NCBI GenBank assembly: GCA_964016885.1 | Contig: OZ024740.1 | Location: 236,778,001-236,842,000 of the forward strand | DNA: 64,000 nucleotides | Reading direction: 5' to 3' | From: Eledone cirrhosa | Lineage: Eukaryota | Shown: piece after piece, positions 12,349 to 28,837 of the stretch | Position numbering within the stretch: position 1 is the stretch's first letter | Layout: each line of letters begins with the position of its first letter | Notes under the pieces: model-generated | What the model was told of the DNA's origin: nothing | The model's input: the letters and a program-made list of their open reading frames with translations, nothing else | The model's database searches: none | Position numbers and translations under genes: made by a program

Positions 12349-12479
12349 ATGTATATATATATATATATATAATGTATATATATATATATATATAATGTAT
12401 ATATATATATATATATAATGTATATATATATATATATATATAATGTATATATATATATAATGTATATATATATATAATG

Positions 12480-12512
<33 letters not shown>

Positions 12513-12617
12513 GTATATAATGTATATATATGTATATAATGTATATATATGTATATAATGTATATATATGTATATAATGTATATATATGTATATAATGTA
12601 TATATATGTATATAATG

Positions 12618-12650
<33 letters not shown>

Positions 12651-12794
12651 GTATATAATGTATGTATATATATATATATATGTATATATGTATATATATA
12701 TAATGTATATAGATGTATATATATATATGTATATATGTATATATATATAATGTATATAGATGTATATATATATATATATAATGTATATATGTAT

Positions 12795-13128
12795 CATCAT
12801 CATCATTTTACGTCCACTTTTCCCTGCTTGCAAGGGTGGGACGGGAACTGATTCTGGCTTGATTTCTACAGCTGGATGCCCTTCCTAACACCAACCTCAT
12901 TTACAGTGCTTTTTTGCCGTGCTTTTTTTGCCGTGGCACCTCCACAACCACTTTACAGTGGAATGATATGGACCCCAGTCCCTATCATCTCATTTCTACA
13001 GCTGAGTAAACTGGAGCAATGTGAAATAAAGTGTCTTGCTCAAGGAAACAACACATCACCTGGTCTGAGAATTGAACTCACAACCTTTCGATTGCAAGGC
13101 CAATGCTCTAACCACTAAACCATGTGCC
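12795..13128 (-). mobile_element. CORE-SINE (SINE-A), full length
   Basis: Reverse complement of the 8476-8816 family; embedded in (TA)n. Confidence 0.9.
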
Positions 13129-13129
13129 T

Positions 13130-15488
<2,359 letters not shown>

Positions 15489-18077
15489 ATCATCATCATC
15501 AACGTTTAACGTCCGTGTTCCACGCTTGCATGGGTTTGGACGGGGGGTAGTCCCACTTGAGGCAAGAGTGATTGTCTTGCTCGCATAGGACTGTCTGGCA
15601 GGTTTTCTACAGTTGGATGCCCTTCCTAACACCAACCACATTTACAGTGTGGGTCTGGGAGGTTTTTACCGTGTTGCCTACACGGCCACATTACAGCGTG
15701 GACTGTGTGTTTTTTTGTCGTGACACCTACACGATCTCATTTGTTTCGGCCTCGATGGCGCGGCACCAACATAACTTTTCATAGAACGGGGTGGTGTGGA
15801 TCGGGTGGGGGTGGGGGTGGTGGGACGGGGTTGTATTTTGTTAGAGATGCCTACTGGCTGGAGTAGGTTTTTACTATATATTTAGGTAAGGCGGGTCTTC
15901 TCTGTTACTGAGTACCGCCAAAGGTCTCGGTCCAGTGACATTGTCTTGGAGAGGTGTAAGTGTGTGATGTCGGAGTTTATCAGCTCGTCCCAGGTTTTTC
16001 TAGGTCTGCCTATTCCGTGACTACCGTCTATCTTTATTGCCCTGCACTTTGTTATACAGCTATCGACTTTCATGCGCATCACCTGTCCATACCAACGTAG
16101 CCTTCTCTCGAGTAAACAACATCTGATCCCTCTTATCTCTAATTTATTCCTTAGTTCGTTTATGCTTTGCCGTTCACGTATATTACTGTTACACATCCAG
16201 CGGAGCATGCAAGCTTCCGTTCCTCTCTAGTCTGCGTATATCCTCTGCACACAATGCCCAGGTCTCACTGCCATGCAGCATTGCTGTTCGTATGCAGGCA
16301 TCGTACAACCTGCCTTTCATTTTTAGTGAGAACCCTTTAGCAGCTAATAGTGGTATAAGCTCTCTGAACTTTTTCCAACCAGTTCTGACTCTAGCTACAG
16401 TACTTTCAGAGCACCCTCCCCCACTGCTGATTTTATCGCCCAGGTAACGGAAGCTGTCCACTATTTCTATAGAACCCTCTGCGCAATTGAAAGAGCTAGT
16501 AGTTTGTGGGCACTTGCTGCTACTTATTGCACCAGAGCACCGGCCACATGTAAAATCTATGTTCTTAGTTAGCTTACCCTGTGATCCCACTACATCTTTT
16601 ATGCACCCATACTTTGCATTTAGGACATAAAATGGAGTTTCTACCTACGCCTTTCCTACACACCGAGCACGACCATTTCCCAGAAGGGACCGCCGCCTTG
16701 TTTTCTTTCCTACAAACTAGTACTTTGGTCTTAGCCAGGTTAATTTTAAGTCCTTTTGACTCTAGGCCGTGCTTCCATGTTTGGAATTTCTTCTCTAGCT
16801 CGGCCATTGATTCCGCTATGAGTGTCAGGTCGTCTGCGTATAGGAGTTCCCATGGGCAGCCTGTCTTGAACTCCTCTGTTATAGCCTGAAGGGCAATAAT
16901 AAATAGTAGTGGACTGAGAACAGAGCCCTGATGGACGCCGACTTTTACGCTAAACTCTTCACTATATTCGTTGTTAATTCTAACCTTGCTGACTGTTTCT
17001 TTATACATGGCTTGTATAGCCCCTCACAAGCCATTCGTCAACGCCTAGTTTTCTAAGAGCCCACCAGATAATGGAGCGGGGGACTCTGTCGAAGGCTTTC
17101 TCCAAGTCGACAAAAGCTAAGTAGAGGGGTTTTACCTTTAGCTAGGTACTTCTCCTGTAGTTGTCGTACTATGAAAAGAGGCGTCTGTGGTACTTTTGCC
17201 TGACACAAACCCGAACTGCATTTCATCTAGGTCAATTCTCTCTCTGATTAGTTGCGCTATTACTCTTTCCGTGACCTTCATGACCTGGTCGATTAATTTA
17301 ATGCCTCTATAGTTACTCCTATCTAGGGCGTCTCCTTTACCCTTATAACAGTTAACGATGATGCTGCTATGCCAGTCCTTCGGAACAACCCCGTTCTGTA
17401 CGACTTGGTTAACTATGCGGGTGACCATGGTGTGTCCCACCGTGCCAGATGCCTTCAGCATCTCAGCAACTATTTCCGAAGGCCCAGCCGCCTTACCAGT
17501 CTTCATATCCTTGATTGCCTTACTTATTATACTCCCCCTCGACTAACACTGCTGGTCCCTCTATTGGGTCGATATGGGGGAGACTGCCTTTCTCCCAATT
17601 ATTCTCCTCATTTAGAAGCCTTTCATAGTGACACTTCCAAGCTACCTTCTTATCAGCGTCGGTGATGGCAAGTGTGCCATCGTCGTTTAGTACACACTTC
17701 TCCCCGACAATATCACGGTTTTTCCTTGACGCATTGCCTAGCAATCCTGAACACCTCACGTTTTTGGTCATCGCGTTGTAGAACATGCTTGAACTTTCTT
17801 TCCTCAGCTTCCCTTCTTGCTAAGTACACTTGTCTCCTAGCTTCCCTCCTGGCCACTTGATAGTCCTCTCTACTTCCCCCATCCCGCCATACTTTCCAAG
17901 CCTGCTTTTTGGCCTTAATTGACCCCCTCCACCTTACTGTTCCACCACCATGTTTACTCTCCTCCTGCCTACAGGCCTGCTCCAGCCACAGACCCTCGTC
18001 TGTCGCCAAACAGCAGGTTTTGCTTCAGAAATTCCCACTCTCCCTCTATATTGTCCGACTCTAAATGTTCTTCCTTA
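15489..18077 (-). mobile_element. RTE family 1 LINE, long copy running into the assembly gap
   Basis: Continuous homology from the pre-RT region (MKTGKAAGP, NYRGIKLI, QFGF) to the 3' UTR and tail, with many single-base frameshifts. Confidence 0.95.
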
Positions 18078-18277
18078 NNNNNNNNNNNNNNNNNNNNNNN
18101 NNNNNNNNNNNNNNNNNNNNNNNNNNNNNNNNNNNNNNNNNNNNNNNNNNNNNNNNNNNNNNNNNNNNNNNNNNNNNNNNNNNNNNNNNNNNNNNNNNNN
18201 NNNNNNNNNNNNNNNNNNNNNNNNNNNNNNNNNNNNNNNNNNNNNNNNNNNNNNNNNNNNNNNNNNNNNNNNNNNNN
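18078..18277. other. Assembly gap (200 N)
   Basis: Run of N. Confidence 1.
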
Positions 18278-18285
18278 TGTATATG

Positions 18286-18352
<67 letters not shown>

Positions 18353-18367
18353 GTATGTATATATATG

Positions 18368-18398
<31 letters not shown>

Positions 18399-19938
18399 GT
18401 ATGTATATATATGTATATATATATATGTATATGTATATATATATATGTATATATATATATGTATATATATATATGTATATATATATATGTATATATATAT
18501 ATGTATATATATATATGTATATGTATATATATATATGTATATATGTATATATGTATATGTATATGTATATATGTATATGTATATATATATATGTATATGT
18601 ATATGTATATATGTATATGTATATGTATATATGTATATGTATATATATATATGTATATGTATATATATATGTATATATGTATATGTATATATGTATATGT
18701 ATATATATATATGTATATATATATGTATATATATATATGTATATATATATGTGTATATATGTATATATTATGTATATATGTATATATTATGTATATAAGT
18801 ATATATTATGTATATAAGTATATATTATGTATATAAGTATATATTATGTATATAAGTATATATTATGTATATATATATATTATGTATATATGTATATATT
18901 ATGTATATATATATATTATGTATATATATATATTATGTATATATGTATATATTATGTATATAAGTATATATTATGTATATATGTATATATTATGCATATA
19001 AGTATATATTATGTATATATGTATATATTATGTATATAAGTATATATTATGTATATAAGTATATATTATGTATATAAGTATATATTATGTATATAAGTAT
19101 ATATTATGTATATAAGTATATATTATGTATATAAGTATATATTATGTATATAAGTATATATTATGTATATAAGTATATATTATGTATATAAGTATATATT
19201 ATGTATATATTATGTATATATGTATATTATGTATATATATATATTATGTATATATATATATTATGTATATATATTATGTATATATATTATGTATATATAT
19301 ATATGATGTATATATATATATATTATGTATATATATATATGATGTATATATATATATATTATGTATATATATATATTATGTATATATATATATTTTATGT
19401 ATATATATATTATGTATATATATATATATTATGTATATATATATATTATGTATATATATATATATATTATGTATATATATATATTTTATGTATATATATA
19501 TATATTTTATGTATATATATATATATATATATTATGTATATATATATATATTATGTATATATATATATATTATGTATATATATATATATTATGTATATAT
19601 ATATATATTATGTATATATATATATATTATGTATATATATATATATTATGTATATATATATATATATTATGTATATATATATATATTATGTATATATATA
19701 TATATTATGTATATATATATATATTATGTATATATATATATATTATGTATATATATATATATTATGTATATATATATATATATTATGTATATATATATAT
19801 ATTATGTATATATATATATTATGTATATATATATATATTATGTATATATATATATATTATGTATATATATATATTATGTATATATATATATTATGTATAT
19901 ATATATATTATGTATACATATATATTATGTATATATAT
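18278..19938. repeat. (TA)n-derived array; unit drifts from TATG to a 20-mer (TATATAAGTATATATTATG-like) to (TA)nTTATG
   Basis: Directly visible. Confidence 0.97.
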
Positions 19939-20761
19939 ACAGGCATTTCTCACAGTATACTGTTTGACACAACTCTCTGTCTCTAAAGACACCTCCATGA
20001 ATGATGCTTCCTCTCCTATGGTGGTATATCACCCCACTTCCATCAATGACTCCGCAGAGCACGTGCCATGATAAAAATGCACTCAGTTTACTCTGTAAAG
20101 TGATGGTGCTGGTGCCACTATGAAAAGCACCCAGTCTGCACTGTAAGTCGGTAGTGCTGGTGCCACAATAATAAGCACCCAGTCCATTGTGTAGGTGGTA
20201 GTACTGGAGTCATGATAAAAGCTCTCAATACATGCCATAGAAAAGCTCCCAATCCAGCCAGAGAAAACCAAACCGCACATGGAGTGTACAAGCAAGTCAT
20301 CTTCACCTGACTAGTCTAGCCACTGTACATGACAATCCATCTAAGCCATGCAAGCATAGATGTTAAACTGTGATGATGATGATATAGTTTTTAGGTCGTA
20401 CTTGTAAATGCTCTATTTATCTGTCTATTGATCATTCTATCCATCCATTAATCTCATTCACAGGTTTGAGGTTTGAGAAACAAGAGAGAAATGATTAAAT
20501 CCATGTGTAGAGTATATTTTTATGAAGCTGATGATTCGCCTCATCATTACAATCTTTCCAAGTGGAAATTAACTTTCAGTAGAACATTCCTACTTTTCTG
20601 AGTCCAATGGTTTTTCATTTAGCAGGAATCAAAAACTAAGTACCAATTAAGACATGAGGGCTGAACAATGAACTACCATATATACACGAATATAAACTGA
20701 GGAATATGTGACCAAAAAATTGATGGTAAAAGGGGGTCGGCTATAGTTAATCCAGTAATTA

Positions 20762-20945
20762 CCGTATATACTCAAATGTGAGTCAAGGTATATTTGACCA
20801 AAAAAATCTATGGTAGAAGTTTATATTCAGGGTCAATATTTTGACGATTTTCACCAACTTCAAATTCTATATAAAAAAGGTTTGGATTTTTGTCTATTTC
20901 CCAGACATAAAATAGTGGGGTTGCCTTATACTCGAGTGTATATGG
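20762..20945. mobile_element. Tc1/pogo-like MITE
   Basis: Imperfect TIRs CCGTATATACTC.../...ACTCGAGTGTATATGG, flanked by TA on both sides; a related unit lies at ~20675-20762. Confidence 0.65.
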
Positions 20946-22859
20946 TATATTCCTTCCATTATATATCCCTGCACTGATTTGATATCTGTAAATTTGAAAA
21001 AATAGATTATCAACAGGGTTAGTATAGCATTGTGGAAAAAGCTTTGTGCTATTTAGTTGCATTGCTTTTCATCCTTCTGGGTCAATAATGTAAGTCCCAG
21101 TCAAATTCTGAGGTTTATATAATCAACTGCTTTTTTTCTTGAAAATGTGTGGCCTTATGCATAAGTTAAAAATCAATATCTGTAAAATACTGTAATGCTA
21201 AAATATTAGGTTGTCAGTTGTTATTGCTATGGATTAATACATAACCTGTGGTCCATGTGTGTAAAGTTGAACTCGAACATTATTATTTAGACATTATAAG
21301 AGCAGCAGCTAACCTTAAGATAACTTCAATCTCCTTCAAATCTTCATGATTCTCTTTGTTCTCTTACTATTGTTTCAACAAAAATAATTAAACCATATTG
21401 ATTATTTTACTACTGCATCTATAAACTATTTTCTCAAGCTTCCATTTATTTTATTAACTTTATTAAATGCCATTATGTCTGATTTGCTGCCAGGACATAT
21501 GCTTGTCCGAATTAATTTTTTGCCATCTTAGTTCCATCTTGTCTCAATTATTTTTCTGTTTTAATTTTAATGTTTTACTCGTCTTGAAATTGCTTTTTAT
21601 TTTTTTATTTTACCCAATCTTTTATCTAATTAATTTATTTTTTATATTTACAGCTGTTTTATATTTAGTTGTTTAGATTTTTCTTAATTATTCTGACTAC
21701 AAATCATAATTTCCATTCATTGATGAGATAATGTTGTTCTTTTATCTTTAGCTCATACAATCAACTTTTTAAAAATCTTTATGAACTAGTTTTCAGAAGT
21801 GTACTTCATTGAGAAATCAAAATGTTTTCTATATATAATTAACTTCTCTCCCCTCACTTTAGTCACTTAAGTTTTTCACAGCAAACTCTGACAGGTTTAG
21901 TTGTATATCATTCACGAAATGTCAGGACTGTTGTTACATTGACCATTCTCTCAAGGCTTGTTTAGAAATACCAAATTATTGATGTCTAAATTATTCTTTA
22001 AAAACTTAAGTGCTTTACTTTGAATTTGAATTATATCAAATTCCCCTTTTTTTTCACATTCAGGGATTTTGTTTAAAATTCAAATCTGTGAATATGGGCA
22101 GAGTCATGGCCTTGTGTTTAAGTTCCCCTTGAAATCACATGATTCAAAATGTGATCCCACTGCATGGCTACTAAACATGTTTTCTATCATAAGGTTGGGT
22201 CGATTTGGTTGTGACAAACTGTGCAGATACATGTTGGGTATGGTATTATATACTTGTATATCATCATCACCACCATTTTGCGTAGCTTGGGTGGGTCTTT
22301 TACAGCACAGCCCTCCTCCACATGCTGCATTCCTTTGTCATCTCTGTGAGATTCAATGGTTGAAGATCAGCTCGCTCCAGCTCTGCATAGGTCTTCTTTG
22401 ATCTACCTCTGCTGTAGCGACCTTCCACTAGGATTTCTTGGTATTTTTTTATCTAACGATCATCATCCTTACATGCAAAGGAGTCCACCATGAACAACCT
22501 TCTACACTACTTGGAAGACTCATCATGGAGTGCTGGCACATCTACCTTATATACCTAGTGTACTGCTGCGAAGTATGCCTCCCCTGTATAGTGCAGGAGC
22601 TCCCATACTATGGAGTTAGATATAACCCTGAATAAAACTTTAAGGTACATCACCAGATGACTCCATCCTAAACCAACTCTACCTACACTCTTAGGCATTA
22701 CTCTTGCTTCTCTTCATAGAGAGCATCACACATGTAGGTTGATAACCAAGCAAGGCCTTAACAGACCCAAGTCATCTGCTCTATGACATGACTGAGGATT
22801 CTCAGCTATTGGACCAACATTGCTTGATGTTATGCCACCCTTTCTCTTGATGCACAGCA

Positions 22860-23466
22860 AAGTAAGTGACAGAATTACCTAGCTCAGAATAGTCATAGGT
22901 AATAGAAAGATGACAATTATCTCTAAGCTATGCATCATAAACATGACTAAGTAAGGAACAAAAGGACCACTTCTACAGACAACCTCAGTTAAAGATGACA
23001 AATGTCATCATCCTAACTGGTTATTTCAATGAACATGTTGGGCAGCACCAGGATGGATACAGAGGTGTACATGATGGATATGGTTATGGCATAAGAAATG
23101 AAGAGGGAGCAAGATTCCTAGAATGCTGCAATGTGAATGAGCTATTTGCAATACTAACTTCAAGAAACTGGCTAGCCATCTGGTCACCTACTAATCAGGC
23201 ATACACTAAAGCCAGATTGACTTTTTACTTGTTAAATAACATGACAGGTGGTTGACTATGAATATTAAGTTCCTCCCCAGAGAAGAATGCACCATATAAC
23301 ACAAGTTAATTATTAGTGACATGAGAAGAAGCACGAGAAGGAACAAGAAACACAGGAAAATATGAAGATGGAGAGCATGGAAGCTAAAAGACCTGTCTGT
23401 TAAATATATGTGACAACCCATCTAAGCCATGCAAGCATGGAAAATAGACATTAAATGATGATGATA
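22860..23466 (+). mobile_element. Degenerate RTE LINE, AP-endonuclease fragment joined to 3' tail
   Basis: IILTGYFNEHVG...GVHDGYGYGIRNEEGARFLE followed directly by an RTE tail with (GAT)n; a separate RTE 3' fragment lies at ~22260-22470 (-). Confidence 0.8.
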
Positions 23467-23887
23467 GGATGGAAAGCAAAGTTGATCTCGATCAACAGGA
23501 TTTGAACTCTTGAGTGCAAATAGGCAGAAAAAATACCAGAAATCAATTTATTCTACACTCTAATCACTCTGCCAATTCACCATCTAATAGCTAATTCATT
23601 GGCTAATTGACAATTTACCACTTAATAATGGCATCATAATAGAATTTGTCTTCCTTAGGTGCAGATCTGAAAGTAAAAGAAAATGACAGGAAATGAGATC
23701 TGATTAATAACAGAGTAGAAATTGTTGCACATTAGATTGAGTTAGTCATCTTAGACACTAACTTAAACATGAGCCTCTACATGGTTGATCTACTTGTGAG
23801 AAGCAGCAGCCAAATTTCCCTTCAGTTACAACTTAACTTATAAAAAAAAAAGGAAGGACACATTGTTGAATGATATTATCTTTAATA

Positions 23888-24076
23888 AGGGCGGTGGATT
23901 GGCAGTATCGGTAGAGGGTCAGACGCCATGCTTTGCAGCAAAGAGTTACGGCCCTTTATGGACGGAGTTCAAACCCCACCGAGGTTAACTTTGCCTTTCA
24001 TCCTTACTGGGTCGATAAAATAAAGTACCAGTAATACAATGGGATAATTGCTGGCCTTGTGCCAAAAGTAGAAACA
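23888..24076 (+). mobile_element. tRNA-derived SINE-B, full length, 13-bp TSD
   Basis: TGGCAGTATCGG and GGAGTTCAAACC boxes; central GCCTTTCATCCTT...GGTCGATAAAATAAAGTACCAG (Deu/Nin-like domain, from recall); TSD ATTATCTTTAATA at 23875-23887 and 24077-24089. Confidence 0.88.
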
Positions 24077-24321
24077 ATTATCTTTAATATGTTATACTAC
24101 CCCCCACCCCCCCACCCCACCCCCCCACACACACACAAAAGTGTGAGATGATAACAGCTTCTATAAGGGTTGAACTGAGGCTACACAATAACAACAACAA
24201 CAGTTTAAGCTTACAAAATGGTGGTCTATGTATGTGAGATTTTCTCCTTTGAACAGCTTTGTAAACTGCAAAACTGAAGAGTATTTGATGAATCAGTAAT
24301 ACACAAGATTAGAGAATACTT

Positions 24322-25500
24322 TGTTTTTCTTCTCTTCTTCTTTGCCTACTTATTCCTGAGAGGGTCGTGGAGGTAGTCTTCAAACACTCCTTCCAGCAGG
24401 TCCTGTCAGAAGCAACCATCTCCAACTGATCTGGCTGGATCTCCAAACGAGACCAACCAAGCTGAACAATCTCCACTCTGTCTCAACGTCCTCAATTTGC
24501 TCAGGGAATTCTCTGAATTTGGATGCAATAGTATCTGCATACCTAGTCCTGACTTCTTTATCCACCAATGCTTCTCACTTTAACCTGTATGTTGCCTGGG
24601 ACCTGCTAGTTTTATGTGTTTCTTTGGCTTTAGGTAGTCTCAAGCTGCAGATAACTAGATGGTAATCAGTTGACAGCTCAGCCCCTTTCTTAATATGAAC
24701 ATTCAGCACAGAATCAAAGAAATCAGAGATAATAACAAAATCAATTATTGCTCTCTGTCCCTGATCCCCCTTATACCATATATATTTATGGATGTCTCTG
24801 TTCTGGAAGAAGGTGTTCGTAATAGAGAGTCGACTGCTAGAACAGAAGTCTAATAAGGCCTCTCCATTTGTATTCAGATGGGGGTCGCTGTTCCTTCCAA
24901 TCACTCCTTACCATGTCAGGTGGTCAGTGCCAACATGTACATTGAGGTCCCCCATCAGGATATATGACTCAGTCTTAACTACATCTAGCATTGCAGTGAC
25001 TTCATCAAGGAAGGATCTGTATTCAGACTGCTTGTTTGGTGCATAAACTTGCACCGCCCACAGAGACCTATCTTTCAGCCTAAGCTTCAAGAGGCAAATC
25101 CTCCCTGTTAATGTGATTCAGTCAATAACATATTCTGACTGCCGGGGGCTTGTGAGTATCCCCACTCCCGCCTGTGCAGTCATTTCTGGTGCTACACCTG
25201 AATAGTGGAGCTTCCATCCTCCATCCAAATCTACAGTACCAGAGCTATGGAACTTTGTTGAGGATACCCCAGCTATATCTAGTCAGTAGCATCTGGCCTC
25301 CCCCACTTGTTCCTGCTCCTTACCTGTAAGGGTTGTGATATTCCAGGTTCCAGTTGTCAAGGTTTGCTCCCTTTCGTACCTTCATTGGGGTCTTGGGATA
25401 CACAACCTTTGTGTGTCCATCCCACACACCCCAGGACAGTTCACAGGTCCATCGCCAGTTTTTGCAGCATGAAATGGAGACTGCAATATATTTTTCAAAC
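24322..25500 (-). mobile_element. Third RTE-type (Expander-like) LINE, internally deleted
   Basis: AP endonuclease motifs QVYAPN, MGDLNVHVG, ITNTFFQ, IIDFVII, STDYHLV, then a jump to the 3' end with a GAA-rich tail. Confidence 0.82.
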
Positions 25501-25690
25501 AGGCTCCACTACCTAAGTCCTGAACACATTCTTTGTTAACTCGCGCGAAGGACGATGTGGTATGGTTCTTTTTTGTATCTCTCACCCTATTGCAGTTTTG
25601 GAGATTTTATTCATGCCAGTCACCAATCTAGTACTTTATCATCCCTGCGAAGTGCTATAAGTTCCAAAACATAAATAGGTTAGCTTTTTT

Positions 25691-26001
25691 TAATATAATG
25701 TTAACAGCTTCAGTGTAGGTTTATTGACTATGAAAAATAGTCTAACATGTTGGGCGTATAAACCACAATAGATGGAACTCACATCTACTGGCTAAAAGAT
25801 AAGGCTTTAAATAACGTGAAAGTTTGTCAGCCTAATTTAGTGTAACTGGTAACGTAGCCATCTGACAATCAGTAGATGTGTGTTTGAGTCTCATAGGTGA
25901 CGCTGTTCACTTTTTTCCATCTCTAGGGGTTTATATATCCAACTTATTAGACTATTTTTCATAGTAAATAAATCTGTGTTAAGCTGTTAACTTTATATTT
26001 A
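25691..26001. mobile_element. MITE with ~85-bp imperfect TIRs
   Basis: ~25691-25777 is reverse-complementary to ~25915-26001 (GTTAACAGCTT...CTATGAAAAATAGTCTAA). Confidence 0.7.
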
Positions 26002-26549
26002 ATGTTAAGCTGTTGGCTTTTTTTTTTTTAAATATAAAGTTAACGTACATTGCAATTCATAATTTACTCAGTGCTTCTAAAAATATGATTGTTTATAAAT
26101 AGTTATCTTTGCAATCTCCATTTCTTAAAAGGTCAGTTCTCATATAAATAGAATGTCTTCATGTAGTCTTAAATAAATTTAAACTTCAAAGCAGATTTTA
26201 GCAAAAGCTAGAAAGTCTGGTAAGTTTTTTTTTTTTTTTAAGACCTAGGTTAGACCTGACTGAGTAAACCTATGATCAAAGTTGTTCCAGCTACGACTAT
26301 CCCATCTTTTTTCCAGAGATTGTATTTATGATAGCATTATTGCAGGGTATGATTTAAGGAAACTGAGTTGCTAATTCTAGCAGGTTGAGGGATCACATAA
26401 AGGTTCACTCTTTGGCTTATTGTCTGACAAGTTGTTGATGTAAGGGGCTTTTTTAGCTATTTGCTTATTTATAGATAGTTGTAATTTCAGCTAGTTTCTT
26501 CAACATTTTGGTGAGACCAAACCATAAATATGGTAACATTTATTGAACA

Positions 26550-27453
26550 CTAGCAGTGGTACCCGCTGTTGCACAGGATAAGGTATTTTGGAACGCAGGC
26601 CGCCAACATACCTAATCGTGGAAAAACTGCATGCCTGGACAATATGTAAAGAAAATAAACCGAATACTTTGATGGCTGGATAATCTTTAAGATTTTCCTC
26701 GATGAGGCAGGAAAAATGCAGGTTTTCACCTAATGCGGGCCCTAGGGGATCAAGAAAATGAATTTTTTTTATGTGCATAATATGCCTTTAAATTTCGGGA
26801 AAATTGGCTAGACGTAACGCCTCAAAGAAGCCCTAAAAAGCTGAAAAAAGGAAGTTTTTCACCTAATGCGGGCCCTAGGCCATAAGAAAGTTGGATTTTC
26901 TTTGCTCACAGTATGAAGAAGAGACTGACTAATACATAGTTACAATTTCAAGGAAATCGGTCTGACGTAATGCTTCAAACATCCCCTAAAAAACTTTTAA
27001 AAATGCAGTTTTTCACCTAATGTGGGCCCTAGGAGATAGAAAATAGTTGGATTTTTTTTATGTGCATAACACTCCCTAAACACATGTAAAGTTTGAAAAA
27101 AATCGGTTGGGTACTTCTCGAGTTTTAAGGATTCACACACACACACACACACACACATCCTCAGTGACGTAATGCAGACAGACAGACATACAGACAGATA
27201 TTATAAGGGCGCGACGTTATATGTATGTATCTATCTAAAAAGAGAAAGACTAAGAATTATAGAGTGAGATCGCTAAATCGCCTAATGCGATCCCTAGGGC
27301 ATTGAAAATTTGAAATTTGTTTTCCTCAGAACACTCCCTGAAACATAAATATTACATGTGTAAAGTTTGAAAACAGTCGGTTGGGTGGTTCTCGAGTTTT
27401 AGGGATTCGAACTCACACACACAGACAGACACCCTCAGTTTTATATATATAGA
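26550..27453 (-). mobile_element. Non-autonomous Helitron (904 bp)
   Basis: Minus strand starts TCTATATATATAAAA and ends CTAG, inserted between A and T; subterminal GC hairpin (CCTGTGCAACAGCGGG); four internal repeats containing CCTAATGCGGGCCCTAGG-like motifs. Confidence 0.88.
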
Positions 27454-27538
27454 TTAGATTCTTAGAGAAAATGCACAAAAGAACGCTATTCAATTGATTA
27501 CAACGTTAAAGACCATGTCTGTAAAAGGCTAAATTTAA

Positions 27539-27753
27539 CCCTTTTGCATTTAAACCAGCCATATCCGGCCAAAATACTCTCACCTCTTTCTGTTCAAGCT
27601 AACCGTAACTGGCCACTCATACTGACATTGAGGTATTGTTCTCAAAATGAATAACATCAAAATCTCGTAGATTCGATATTATGTGAGATAACTTTGTAAG
27701 GTAAAGCCACAAAAATACAATAGTATATATAGAGTAATGTAAATGTTAAAGGG
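27539..27753. mobile_element. piggyBac-type MITE (TTAA TSD)
   Basis: TTAA|CCCTTT...AAAGGG|TTAA; homologous copies at 36813-36988 and 57412-57588. Confidence 0.8.
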
Positions 27754-27974
27754 TTAAGGGTCTTGATTTGCCAACAATGGAAGAAAAGAGATGTGTTATA
27801 TACCTGTAAGGAAATTATTTCTAACATAGTTATAAGAACAGGAATCTTAGTGTATGTGCTGTTGCTTAATTGAATAAATCTACACTCATACTACTGGTAC
27901 TTATTTTATCAACTAACCCAAAGGACGAAAGACAAAGTATATTGTAAAGTGTTTTGTGCAATGTCATCCTCCAT

Positions 27975-28374
27975 CGATTGGCAGAATCGGTAGAGGGTCG
28001 GACGCCATGTTTTGCAGCAAAGAGTTACGGCCCTTTATGGTCTGAGTTCAAATCCCACCGAGGTTAACTTTGCCTTTCATCCTTACGGGGGTCGATAAAA
28101 TAAAGTAACAGTAATACACTGGGATAATTGCTGGCCTTGTGCCAAAAGTAGAAACAATTATTATACCTGTAAGGCATTGACAAAAAAGTCGTTTTTCATT
28201 ACCCAGTTTCTATGAATGTTATCAGTAATTGTTTCTACTTTAGGCACAAGGCCAGCAATTACCCAGTGCATTACTGGTACTTTATTTTATCGACCCCGTA
28301 AGGATGAAAGGCAAAGTCAACCTCGGCGGGATTTGAACTCAGATCGTAAAGGGATGTAACTATGCTGGAAAGCA
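27975..28374. mobile_element. Two SINE-B copies, tail to tail
   Basis: 27975-28160 (+) and 28230-28374 (-); the second has a 19-bp TSD TATGAATGTTATCAGTAAT at 28211-28229 and 28375-28393. Confidence 0.87.
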
Positions 28375-28479
28375 TATGAATGTTATCAGTAATACATATT
28401 GGATAGAAGGGAACAGTTGTTTGAGCCAAGACATCTCTTCATGCTTATTCAACCTGATAGAAATCTCTCAAATCACCTT

Positions 28480-28616
28480 ACCTCCTCCTCCTCCTCTTTT
28501 TCTTCTTCTTCTCCTTTCCTTCTTCTCCTTTTCTCCTTCTCCTTTTCTTTTTCTTCTTCTTCTTTTCTTCTTCTTCCTCTTTTCTCCTTTTTTCTTCTGT
28601 TTTTTTTTTTTTGTTT
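28480..28616. repeat. Polypyrimidine (CTT/CCT)n tract
   Basis: ~135 nt almost entirely C/T, ~90 nt upstream of the exon at 28706. Confidence 0.9.
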
Positions 28617-28705
28617 GAATTTAAATTCTGATTTTTAAAAACTTTTTAGTTTTAATAAACTATTCATAATTTAATAGAATATTCTTATTTCTGGCTTACC
28701 CTTAG

Positions 28706-28837
28706 GTTCTCAGAGCAGTGTCTCCTCGATTTGGAAAGTTAGTTGCTGAAGAGGCAAGGCGTAAAGGGGAGCTACGTTACATGCACTCCAGAGTGATCAG
28801 TAATGCTGAAGAGATAGCTTTCTATGGTGGGCATAAT
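28706..28837 (+). CDS. ABCD1: Peroxisomal ABC transporter ABCD1/2-like, first visible exon (EAA motif)
   Basis: ttag|[44 protein letters not shown]|gtaagt; 132 nt, phase 0/0. Likely co-orthologue of vertebrate ABCD1 and ABCD2. Confidence 0.96.
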
